Below are positions 13,350 through 25,538 of a stretch of 64,000 bases of DNA, in pieces. The stretch's first letter is position 1; each line of letters starts with the position of its first letter. The notes under the pieces were generated by a model that was given only the letters and a program-made list of their open reading frames with translations, made no database searches and was not told the DNA's origin. A program made the position numbers and the translations under genes. Source of the DNA: Eledone cirrhosa (lineage: Eukaryota); contig OZ024743.1 of the NCBI GenBank assembly GCA_964016885.1, positions 249,984,001 to 250,048,000 on the forward strand, in the 5' to 3' direction.

Positions 13350-13600
13350 AAAATATATATGGTATGGACACATACTCCTGAAATGTGTATGGATGATGAT
13401 TGTTGGGTGAAGAAGTATCAAGAGTTCCTAGTGGAAGAAAGCTGTGGAAGAGGAAGACCAAGAAAGCTAGAGACAGGGTTGGTGAAAGCTGATCTCAAGA
13501 AATTGAGTTTGATTATTGAGATGGCATAGGAAAGAGAGCAGAGGAGAGATGAGGTACTGGACAAGGCTCATCTATGGGATGATGATGATGATGATGATGG
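13350..13600 (+). mobile_element. Degraded RTE 3' fragment
   Basis: Remnants of WYGH and GRGRPRK motifs, then an (ATG)n tail. Confidence 0.6.
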
Positions 13601-15271
13601 TGGTGATGCTTTTGTTGCTGCTGCTGCCGATGATGATGATACTGTTGATGCTGATGATGATAGTAATGATGACAATGATGACAATAATGATTATGAAGAT
13701 GAAGATGTGAACAATAATGATGATGATGATGAATTCAAAATTACAGTTAAGTATGGAGTTGGAGTCAGGTGCTTCCTGGTAGAAGTGTCAAGGTGGGTAG
13801 GTGATACTGGGCATGTTATTGGGCAGGCTCAAGATACATTATATATTTACCCCCACCAACCCATTCACAAACACACTACCACCTCTTTCTTTTCTTCTTT
13901 CTTTTTTTAGGGAGAGGGGGTGGGGTGAGGGGAAATTGTCATGTATCTGTAGTCCAGGTAAATAATATGTCTTTAACAGTGACAACTCCTACCTTAATAA
14001 GAAACAGACATAAAAGGGACAAGCATAGAGTGCTATTGTCACTAATGAAACACCTGCAGTTATAATAAATACTTTACCTCACAGTCAACTGCCACCCCCA
14101 CCACCACACCATCAACCCCATCCTTTACAAAAGAAAAGGTTCTGGGAAGTAACAACAACAACAACAACAACAACATCAACAATAAAAGTTAATATAATCA
14201 AAGAAATAAATCAAATAATACTAACAACAATAACAATCACAACAATAACATTCATAACAGTAACAGCAACAATTAGATCAATAACAAGAGCACTGCTAAT
14301 AATATCTACAATAACAACATTAACAACGTCAGTAACAACAGTAGGGGTCACTTCTTGGCTAGTATCCCTTTATTTTTCTAGTAAGGTAAAAAATAAGTAA
14401 AATGAAAATAAAATAAATGCCATCCTGAAAGTAGAGAAGTCATTTCCTTATGTTGTATAGTTATTAAGAAGAGTGATAAGTTGAGGGGCAGGGGAAAGGT
14501 TGACTAGAACTGAATACCTATAATGTAAGGTAAGGTAGAAAGGAGTTGGAGGTGGTGGAGTGAATGGACTGACTACTTATAAGGTAAGGTAAAGTAAGAG
14601 TGGAGGTGGTGGAGTGAGTGGTAGAGGGGGTGAGAGGGTGGCTCAAGACAGGACAGGTACAATGCAATGAAAAGAATTTTCTGAGCAAGTTAATTTATCA
14701 CCTGTATGTGTTATGTTGGCAGGTAACAACAACAACCCATAAGAGGTGAGAGATGAGCCTGAGATGAAGCAAGCTGCCAGGCAACATTAGCTCTTAAAAC
14801 ACCCTATTAAAAAAATCCTTCCCCAACTCCAACCCACCCCTTCCTCTCAGACTTTACAGCTTTGGCCTTACAAAGGAAGGTCTGACGTTAATTGTGGCTA
14901 ATGTCTCAGCTATTTTAAGTCAAACACTTATTGGCTAAAGTACAATAAATATTATACACTTAGCTACTTCAAGGTGCAAATTATAGGGAATGCAATGTAC
15001 GAAGTTCTTTTATATATATATATACCTGATAGTGGTAGTTGGTAGTGGTGGTGGTGGTGGGTTGTGGTGATGGTTGTTGTTATAGTTAGTGGTGGGGGTT
15101 GAGGATAGATGGCGGCAGTGTTGGTAGTGGTGTTAGTGGTTGGTGATGGTTGTGTTGTAAGTGGTTGAGGGTAGATTGTGGTAGGTGGTGGTGGTTGGAC
15201 TTGATTGGTTGTAGGGCACATGCATTTGTCTACACATCTACCTATGCTTAGATATACATACATATGTGTGC

Positions 15272-15340
<69 letters not shown>

Positions 15341-15344
15341 GATA

Positions 15345-15536
15345 GTAATTGTTTCTACGTTAGGCACAAGGCCATCAATTACCCAGTGCATTACTGGTAC
15401 TTTATTTTATCGACCCCGTAAGGATGAAAGGCAAAGTTAACCTCGGCGGGATTTGAACTCAGAATGGCAGGGCCGTAACTCTATACGTCAAATCATGGCG
15501 TCCGACCCTCTCCCAATACTGCCAATCCACCGCCCT
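15345..15536 (-). mobile_element. tRNA-derived SINE (family S2)
   Basis: B box gagttcaaatccc and the segment gataaaataaagtaccagt...ggccttgtgcc. Further copies at about 20325-20445, 40283-40366, 62818-63010 and 11838-12000. Confidence 0.8.
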
Positions 15537-15548
15537 ATATATATAGAT

Positions 15549-15688
15549 AGTAATAATAATAAATTTGAAGACTAAAATCCAAAGAGGGCTCGATAAGGAT
15601 AAATATATATCAGAAGATGCCATTAAGGGTGAAAGCAGCGATTCTTTGCTTGAACTTTAATCTGTTATTTTAATAAATAAATAAGTAA

Positions 15689-15690
<2 letters not shown>
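15549..15690. mobile_element. Family F3 inverted fragments
   Basis: A minus-sense tail (15549-15612) is fused to the plus-sense cagaagat...gggtgaaagc segment. Confidence 0.6.
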
Positions 15691-15729
<39 letters not shown>

Positions 15730-15961
15730 GAAACACACAGATACATGCGGACACACACATATATACATGAATGCATCCGCACCCAACTGTGAGTTAAGGG
15801 TGCCAACTTCACCGATGTTGCTCAATGAATGACTGGGACAGACACAATTCAGTTTGAACCAGACTGAACCAGTATCAGAGTTAAAAATACATTATGAAGA
15901 GAGAAGAAACATTTAGATATAATTAGTAATAAAATGTATCATACCTAAACTGTTCCTAAAT

Positions 15962-16049
15962 TCCTCGACTACGTAGTTTCGTGGCATAAACAAAAACAAT
16001 ATATCAAAGATATAGAGTCCTTGCGAGGTCTGCCGACTTATCAAGAGGA
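15962..16049 (-). ncRNA. Type I hammerhead ribozyme, U3-A8 variant (minus-strand copy)
   Basis: Reverse complement of 17085-17172. Confidence 0.85.
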
Positions 16050-16553
16050 TACCTCATTTTACTAGTCTCAAGAACGCGTCTACACGACGTGAGAAAGAAT
16101 CCCAAAAGGCGGAGGGGGAGATAGTCACGCGATATAACGGTCGAGAAACAGAGCTAAGCCTCTTATAACCACGAAGAAAATACCACGGAGGCGGAGGGGG
16201 TATTCATATCGAGGCCGTAGAAGAGGTAGTGAAGAAGGCGAGAAGTATGAGTAATGGAAGCTTTCCAGTTGTCCCCACACTTCAAAGATTGCTCGACCAG
16301 AGGGAGTTATTAATATATTTAGAAACACACAGATACATGCGGACACACACATATATACATGAATGCATCCGCACCCAACTGTGAGTTAAGGGTGCCAACT
16401 TCACCGATGTTGCTCAATGAATGACTGGGACAGACACAATTCAGTTTGAACCAGACTGAACCAGTATCAGAGTTAAAAATACATTATGAAGAGAGAAGAA
16501 ACATTTAGATATAATTAGTAATAAAATGTATCATACCTAAACTGTTCCTAAAT

Positions 16554-16641
16554 TCCTCGACTACGTAGTTTCGTGGCATAAACAAAAACAATATATCAAA
16601 GATATAGAGTCCTTGCGAGGTCTGCCGACTTATCAAGAGGA
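16554..16641 (-). ncRNA. Type I hammerhead ribozyme, U3-A8 variant (minus-strand copy)
   Basis: Reverse complement of 17085-17172; 592 bp from the 15962 copy. Confidence 0.85.
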
Positions 16642-17084
16642 TACCTCATTTTACTAGTCTCAAGAACGCGTCTACACGACGTGAGAAAGAATCCCAAAAG
16701 GCGGAGGGGGAGATAGTCACGCGATATAACGGTCGAGAAACAGAGCTAAGCTAAGTTGGGTGCGGATGCATTCATGTATATATGTGTGTGTCCGCATGTA
16801 TCTGTGTGTTTCTAAATATATTAATAACTCCCTCTGGTCGAGCAATCTTTGAAGTGTGGGGACAACTGGAAAGCTTCCATTACTCATACTTCTCGCCTTC
16901 TTCACTACCTCTTCTACGGCCTCGATATGAATACCCCCTCCGCCTCCGTGGTATTTTCTTCGTGGTTATAAGAGGCTTAGCTCTGTTTCTCGACCGTTAT
17001 ATCGCGTGACTATCTCCCCCTCCGCCTTTTGGGATTCTTTCTCACGTCGTGTAGACGCGTTCTTGAGACTAGTAAAATGAGGTA

Positions 17085-17172
17085 TCCTCTTGATAAGTCG
17101 GCAGACCTCGCAAGGACTCTATATCTTTGATATATTGTTTTTGTTTATGCCACGAAACTACGTAGTCGAGGA
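17085..17172 (+). ncRNA. Type I hammerhead ribozyme, U3-A8 variant, branched stem II
   Basis: Stem I tcctc/gagga; core TTGATAA at 17090-17096; stem II gt(c)ggca/tgccac; GAAA; palindromic stem III ACTACGTAGT; GUC at 17165-17167. Confidence 0.85.
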
Positions 17173-17676
17173 ATTTAGGAACAGTTTAGGTATGATACAT
17201 TTTATTACTAATTATATCTAAATGTTTCTTCTCTCTTCATAATGTATTTTTAACTCTGATACTGGTTCAGTCTGGTTCAAACTGAATTGTGTCTGTCCCA
17301 GTCATTCATTGAGCAACATCGGTGAAGTTGGCACCCTTAACTCACAGTTGGGTGCGGATGCATTCATGTATATATGTGTGTGTCCGCATGTATCTGTGTG
17401 TTTCTAAATATATTAATAACTCCCTCTGGTCGAGCAATCTTTGAAGTGTGGGGACAACTGGAAAGCTTCCATTACTCATACTTCTCGCCTTCTTCACTAC
17501 CTCTTCTACGGCCTCGATATGAATACCCCCTCCGCCTCCGTGGTATTTTCTTCGTGGTTATAAGAGGCTTAGCTCTGTTTCTCGACCGTTATATCGCGTG
17601 ACTATCTCCCCCTCCGCCTTTTGGGATTCTTTCTCACGTCGTGTAGACGCGTTCTTGAGACTAGTAAAATGAGGTA

Positions 17677-17764
17677 TCCTCTTGATAAGTCGGCAGACCT
17701 CGCAAGGACTCTATATCTTTGATATATTGTTTTTGTTTATGCCACGAAACTACGTAGTCGAGGA
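17677..17764 (+). ncRNA. Hammerhead ribozyme, second plus-strand copy
   Basis: Same sequence as 17085-17172, shifted by 592. Confidence 0.85.
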
Positions 17765-18268
17765 ATTTAGGAACAGTTTAGGTATGATACATTTTATTAC
17801 TAATTATATCTAAATGTTTCTTCTCTCTTCATAATGTATTTTTAACTCTGATACTGGTTCAGTCTGGTTCAAACTGAATTGTGTCTGTCCCAGTCATTCA
17901 TTGAGCAACATCGGTGAAGTTGGCACCCTTAACTCACAGTTGGGTGCGGATGCATTCATGTATATATGTGTGTGTCCGCATGTATCTGTGTGTTTCTAAA
18001 TATATTAATAACTCCCTCTGGTCGAGCAATCTTTGAAGTGTGGGGACAACTGGAAAGCTTCCATTACTCATACTTCTCGCCTTCTTCACTACCTCTTCTA
18101 CGGCCTCGATATGAATACCCCCTCCGCCTCCGTGGTATTTTCTTCGTGGTTATAAGAGGCTTAGCTCTGTTTCTCGACCGTTATATCGCGTGACTATCTC
18201 CCCCTCCGCCTTTTGGGATTCTTTCTCACGTCGTGTAGACGCGTTCTTGAGACTAGTAAAATGAGGTA

Positions 18269-18356
18269 TCCTCTTGATAAGTCGGCAGACCTCGCAAGGA
18301 CTCTATATCTTTGATATATTGTTTTTGTTTATGCCACGAAACTACGTAGTCGAGGA
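18269..18356 (+). ncRNA. Hammerhead ribozyme, third plus-strand copy
   Basis: Same sequence as 17085-17172, shifted by 1184. Confidence 0.85.
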
Positions 18357-18555
18357 ATTTAGGAACAGTTTAGGTATGATACATTTTATTACTAATTATA
18401 TCTAAATGTTTCTTCTCTCTTCATAATGTATATATATATATATATATATATATAAATGATATAGATATCCCAGTAGGTACTAGGTACCCACGGAAATATA
18501 TATGGTGTCTATAATAGTGGTTGTTCTATGGTATTAATTTGAGATAACAGAACTG

Positions 18556-18623
<68 letters not shown>

Positions 18624-18627
<4 letters not shown>

Positions 18628-19200
18628 TGTGGTGCAGATAAATCTTGAAAAAATTAATGGATAATAAAAACAGCAATTAGAGCAAACCTTGGCGATGGTC
18701 TCCCTGATGGATGCCTTGAGAGCCTCCTTGGTATTGTATGGCCTGCTGTTCACCTCCCTCTCCAACAAATATGAGAGGATTACAGTTGGCAATGAGGAGG
18801 GTGGTATAAGGCGGGTGACCAGTAGTACACTATGTTGGCAAAGTGGTCCTGGCCTTGTGAGCACATAAGATTTATAATTTGAGTGCTCCTTGACAATATG
18901 CCCAATTGTTCCCTATGCTTTTTCTGGGGGTTCTCCTAGACAACCTCAGTAATGTTGGCAATGAACTTGGGTGTCCTGGTGGAGCCAGAGCACTTCTTAT
19001 GAGTCTTGCACTTTCACCTGAAATTTTCCTTGTTGTGTAAGGTTCCATATGCCTTAGCAAGTTCGTAGACCATGGGTTTAGGGTGTTTAAACCATTCAAT
19101 TATTTCCTTGGCTTTGTGACCGATGCCAATTGTCTCCACAACAGACAGCAGATCAATTATCATATTCTGAGATATGCCTCAATATTTCACCAAAGTGCCT
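18624..19200 (-). mobile_element. Degraded Tc1/mariner (maT-like) DNA transposon fragment
   Basis: TA|cagtgtggtgcagataaa end. The minus-strand peptide ILSYLLEREVNSRPYNTKEALKASI resembles a Tc1-superfamily transposase C-terminus. Confidence 0.5.
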
Positions 19201-19224
19201 CTGCTGCATGTATGTGTGTATGTG

Positions 19225-19312
<88 letters not shown>

Positions 19313-19320
<8 letters not shown>

Positions 19321-19655
19321 TAAAACGGAAGATGTCTGTCTGTGTGTGTGTGTATGATTTTTATGCATTTCCACATTTCTCTACCGATTTTGATGATTTT
19401 TTTCCAATGTGCTCCAAATTTACCAACGATGGTCAACGCGTAATAAACTTTGCCAAAAATGTCCTGCTTCTATGAAAAAAAATCAATAAAACTAAATACA
19501 TGCTGCAACCCCCTTTTTTACACGCGTATTCCTCTCACTACTACCCTAAAAAAATCTATGAAACTACATACATGTTGCAACTCTCTCTCTCTCTATATAT
19601 ATATATATAACACACACACATATACATATACATCTAAAGAGAGAAAGGGAGATAG

Positions 19656-19733
<78 letters not shown>

Positions 19734-19810
19734 GTCGTTATACAGAGAGAGGTACAAGATAATCAGATAGAGAGAGAGAGAGAGAGAGAGAATGGCGACG
19801 AACGCTGGTT

Positions 19811-19844
<34 letters not shown>

Positions 19845-21329
19845 AAGACAGAGAGAGAGAGATCTGCGCGTTCTTTATTGTTCCTCATTCTGTAGAGGAA
19901 GAGAGAGATAGGAGGTACGAGTGAGAGAAAGAGAGAGAGAGGGTATGAGAAAAAAGGGAGAGGGTTTGAGAAAGAAAGAAAGTTTAAGCAAAGAATCGCT
20001 GCTTTCAACATTAACGGGATCTTCTTAAACTAAAAAATTCAATCTGTGAACGCAGAATCAAATATTTCGAGAAACATTGCAGCCGAAGGAAAACAGGAAG
20101 ACGATATTTTGGTTCGTGAAGACGTTCCGTGGTAATGAACGGAAAAAAACGAGGATAATACGTCGTTATGTGGACCGATAAGAACAATTTCATGCAAAAA
20201 CCAAGTTTATGGTTTAAATGGAGTCGTTAGACTAATAGTCTATTTAAAATAACCGAATGATTTCCAGCCCCGGAGTTTAAGAATGATGTAAATAAAATTG
20301 TAAACGAAAATGACAGAGGTTATTAAAATAGTTGTTTCTACTTTTAGCACAAGGCCAGCAATTAACCAGTACATTACTGGTACTTTATTTTATCAACTCG
20401 TAAGGATGAAAGGCAAAGTTAACCTCGACGGGATTTTAACTTTGCCTTAAAATAGTAAAAGTAAATAGAGAAGATTTAGGCCAGTACATACGTATGCGCC
20501 GACGGACATACACATACATATACATACGCACACACAAATACATACACACATACAAACACACACGCGCGCGCGCGCGCGTGCGTGTGTAAACCTTATGCAT
20601 TTCTACAGTATGTTCACCAAACTTAAGACAGGTTTCTTATGTACTCCGGATGGTCATGGGTACTTTCATTTTTCCAGATATTGATTATAGGGCCTCCCGG
20701 CAGATAACCCCTTCAACCACTTCCTTGGAGTCGACTGAAGCACTGCAGTGCAATGCAATAAAACGTCATAACTTCTGGAGTTCGCAACCGATTTTCACAA
20801 AACTTGACACATGGGCTACGTTTGTTCTACAGATGAATGTGAAAGGAACTTAACATTGTAACTTTAACCAAGCTACTGAGCAGCCCCGGGCAACGCCGGG
20901 CTTTACTGCTATAGGCGACAAAGTTGTGCAGACAGACAGTCGTGCAGAGAGGTGATAGGCGATACAATTGCATTTTTGTTTTTGTTTTTCATGTCCATCC
21001 AATTTCTTTGTTTCAAAATAACTGATATTTTGGTTACGCTGATGTTTTTCTCTAAGACAAGTGTTGCAGCGTTTACATTTTCGATTTTTGTTAATAGATT
21101 ACCAGTGCAGTTTTTATCCCCAGCATCCTCTTTTGTTTTAACATTCGAGTTATGGTTATGTTTTCTTAACTTCATAAGGCATACTGTTGGTTGAGGGAAT
21201 ATTAAACAAAAGTACCACATGAAAGTCTACATTGTAGACTCTACAGTTTTTAAGCCAAGAAAGGAACTTAACATTGTAACTTTAACACAGCTACTGAGCA
21301 GCTCCGAGCAGCGCCGGGCTTTACTGCTA

Positions 21330-21330
<1 letters not shown>
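19313..21330 (+). mobile_element. Non-autonomous Helitron-like element with nested repeats and a duplicated 3' end
   Basis: 5' tatataaaacggaagatgtctgtctgtgtg...accgatttt. 3' GC hairpin plus CTAG|T at 21304-21331. An earlier copy of the 3' end lies at 20843-20912. Confidence 0.65.
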
Positions 21331-21400
<70 letters not shown>

Positions 21401-21478
21401 TATATATATATTGTCCAACCCTTGCAAGCAAGGAAAAGCAGACGTAAAATGATGTGATGATGATTGCACCTTGGTTAC

Positions 21479-21512
<34 letters not shown>

Positions 21513-21881
21513 AAGAGCTGAAAATTTGGATGGTGGAAAAGTAAATACAGGGAAAGTTTAGTTTTAACCACAGAACAAATATATATATTTATAGGAAAAA
21601 AGGGGATTGAATTAAATAAAAGTTGTCTAGTGGTAGTGTTTGTGGTGGTGGTGGTGCTGATGGTGGAGCTAGGGTGTGAGAAGGTGGAATATATTAATAA
21701 TGAATTAACAAACATATATATACTCATTTACAAACACACACACACATATATATATATGCATATGTGTTTATATATATATATATATATAAACACACAGGAT
21801 GTCCCCAAATAAAGCAATAAATAAATCTATCCTTGAGGATATTGTCTGCAATGCAATATTGGTTGGTTAATTGGTAGGGAG

Positions 21882-22029
<148 letters not shown>

Positions 22030-22685
22030 ACAGAAAGAGGAAGAGTACTTCAGTACACATCAATTGATGAAGGAATCATAGAATCAGATACATCTGGGTT
22101 TAAATAAATAATTATTTACATATTTAAGACTTTTGAGGACAGGATATTGATATTACTGTTGGTGGTGGCGGTAGATCGTTGGTGGAGTATGTGTTGGTGG
22201 TAGTGGGAGGTGGAGGTGGTGTTGGAATTAGAAGTGGTGGTGGTGGTATTGATGTTGTTGTTGTTGTTGGTGGTGGTAGAAGTGCTATTGTTTGGATAGA
22301 AGTAGTGGTGTTGGTGTTGTAGCTTTCATTAATGTTGTTGTTGTTGTTATTATTGTTGTTGTTGATAGTGGTGATGACTATATAGTGATTTCCTGTGTTC
22401 ATATTATATGAGTGGTAGTAGTAGTGGTGGTGGTGGTAAAAGGGAGGAGAGAAGAGTAGGGTACCAGGAAAAGAAAACTCCTTCCACACACCCCCGAAAA
22501 GGGAAATAAAAAGAAGGGAGAATGGAGTGGCTTCAGGATTGGGGTGGTGGGTTGAAAAGTATTAATTTTATAACTCTTCATGATCAATGAATTTGGTTTG
22601 ATGGTGGTGGTGGTGATAATTTCGGAATAGAGAATAAGGTTGATGATGGTGATGATAAAAGGGAACACACAGGAAATCTGATGGA

Positions 22686-22763
<78 letters not shown>

Positions 22764-23074
22764 GTATATATATATATATTTGGATGGAAGTCTCTGTCTA
22801 TACATGTATATATATTTACACATGTATATCTATATATGTATGTGTATGTATATATATACATATATATTTATATATACAGTCAATAAAGTCAGCTAACTCT
22901 TCATATAAACTCCCCTTTATTTCTCTCAGTACACAAACTGTGACTCAGTCTTTAACTTTGGCTGTTCTCTGATTAATAAATGATTAAATCACTAAATAGG
23001 GGAGCTGAATGAAGGAAATCGATTGATTAATAAAAAAAAAAAAAATAACAAGAAGAATAAAACATGCATTTATG

Positions 23075-23785
23075 GAAGAGAACAATCTTTCCCCTATTGA
23101 ATGAAATGGGTGCCGACAGATTCATATGGATGTAAAGATCAACTTTTAATTATTTGTATGATCCTTGAGAACTGTTATAATAAGCACAGAAATTTAAGTC
23201 CCACATAGATTGATTATAAAAAGGCTTTTGACAGCACACCACACTCATGGATTCTGAAAGTGTTGGACATCTTCAAAATTTCTCTTGTAATTTCAAAATT
23301 TATGAAATATTGTATGTCACTGTCGAACAAAATCTCCAATTATATCATTCCTATAGAGTACTAAATTCAAACAATATTAACATTGACTGTGGCATTTTCC
23401 AAGGTGACTCACTTTCACCTCTAATATTTTGCATAGCTTTAATACCCCTTACAATCGAACTTAACAGAACAAGTTACAGTTAAATAACTGACAATAGGAA
23501 AATAAGTCATCCATTTTATATGGATGATCCAAAACTATATAGCAGAGTAAAGGCTTCATCTTTGCTGCATAAGATCAAAGCTTACTAACTCAGAACTAAC
23601 TAGTGAATGTGATGAGAAATGGAGCAGATCTAAAGTACCGATTCTGCAATGATAGGATTGAAACAGTGGACCACTTAATCTTTGAATGTACTGTTTTAGC
23701 ACCAGTAGAATATAAATCAAGGCATGGCAGAGTTGGCCAATATCTACACTGGTTAATATGTTGGCATTATAAAATCAAAACTGCT
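23075..23785 (+). pseudogene. Deleted and frameshifted RLE-type (R4/NeSL-like) non-LTR retrotransposon
   Basis: Motifs GCKDQLLI, IDYKKAFDS, GIFQGDSLSPLIFCIAL and FYMDD, plus a CCHC-knuckle remnant RFC...ETVDHLIFEC...RH. Confidence 0.85.
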
Positions 23786-24469
23786 GACTTAACTGCTGGC
23801 TTAAAGTTTGAATGGTTGGTTGAAAATGTTGATAATATAGAGGAGAATTTCCTGGCTTTATAGAAGGGTTATTTGCTAATCACTAATCTGTCCTTCAGTT
23901 CATAACACAGTAGAGGTGTGATATAAGTAAAAGTGTAAGAATGGTATCTGGCTTAGAAAATGTACACCATATCTCTGCATATCACAAGATATCATTAAAA
24001 AACTTGGCAACCAGAAGGGTTCAAAACATTACCTCAAAAAGGGTAACCTTGTGAGATCCACTAACACGAGTTTCATAATTGTTTGCTCATAATTACATAC
24101 ATGGCACCTAAAACTCTAAACTAAAGAATGGTATATATTACCAAGTCACACTCGATTGTAAATAACATCTGTAGCTTTTTGTTAATATCAGGGCAAGATA
24201 GATGAAAGGACCATGTAAAGATCAAGATATCTAAAGAAGGTAAGAAACACAGAAGCTGCCTTGTCTGTTTTAGTCAGACAATGTCAAATAATATCTTCCA
24301 TAGTTTTTTGATATTTACTGTAGAATAAAAAAAAAATGTTCTTTTGAAATTATTAAACTATTGATCTCTTAAATGTTCTTAAATATTGATTTCAAACAGC
24401 CTTATCAGTATTATTGGTTTTGATTTTTTCTCCTTTAGGCACAAGGTCAGTTTTAGCCAAGGAGATAAG

Positions 24470-24557
<88 letters not shown>

Positions 24558-25111
24558 CCAAGGTGATACACATGCATGCACAAATGCACAGATGCACGCA
24601 CACACACACACATATATACCCTTTATCCTTTTTACCCAATATATACATATAAACATACATGCACAAACATATACATACACATATGTATACATACATACAT
24701 ATGTATAAACACAAACACACATACATGCATGAATTACAACAAATATGAATCAAAAGATTACTCAATGCTTTTTTGCAGAGTATTATACATATTGTTGTTA
24801 TTGATAATTGGATATTCAGTGTTTACACTAAAGTTATTAGATTCACTGCTGCCCGCTATCTTTCAGTTAATAAAGCAATAAAACAAAGAAGAAACTCTAT
24901 TGTGTTTCAGAGGAGTTTCATGTGTAATCTGTGTGTTTTCAATGGTTGCAGTGTGAAGATTTGTTTGGTGTGGGTGTATGTAGATATATATATATATATG
25001 AATATATATACATGTATATATATGTATATATATATATATATGAATATATATATATATGAATATATATATGTATATATATATGAATATATATATGAATATA
25101 TATATGTATAT

Positions 25112-25446
25112 TATCATCATCATCATCATCATTTTATGTCCACTTTTCCCTGCTTGCAAGGGTGGGACGGGAACTGATTCTGGCTTGATTTCTACAGCTG
25201 GATGCCCTTCCTAACACCAACCTCATTTACAGTGAGTGCTGGGTGCTTTTTTGCCGTGACACCTCCATGACCACTTTGCAGTGGAATGGGGTCCCTATCA
25301 TCTCATTTCTACAGCTGTGTAAACTGGAGCAATGTGAAATAAAGTGTCTTGCTCAAGGAAACAACACATCACCCAGTCTGAGAATTGAACTCACAACCTT
25401 TCGATTGTAAGGCCAATGCTCTAACCATTAAGCCATGTGCCTCCAT
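25112..25446 (-). mobile_element. SINE S1, full length
   Basis: Matches 7743-8093. Confidence 0.88.
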
Positions 25447-25538
25447 TATGTATATATATATGAATATATATATGTATATATATATATGAATATATATATG
25501 TATATATATATATGAATATATATATATGAATATATATA

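Larger units (their letters stand above)
15722..18431. mobile_element. Retrozyme-like tandem/inverted array of 592-bp HHR-containing units
   Basis: Period is 592 (ORF-track copies at 16782, 17374, 17966). Minus-sense arm 15722-16751, plus-sense arm 16754-18431. Both ends merge into (TA)n. No differences between units seen by eye. Confidence 0.9.

Noticed and set aside
16782-17009. 75-aa ORF repeated in each 592-bp unit
   Set aside because: It starts in a TG-repeat-like stretch and has no recognisable motif. Identity between copies reflects the duplication only. Translation is not excluded but is unsupported.
17260-17285. Pol III A-box/B-box-like tggttcagtctggttcaaact in the 592-bp unit
   Set aside because: The two boxes overlap and lack the required spacing.
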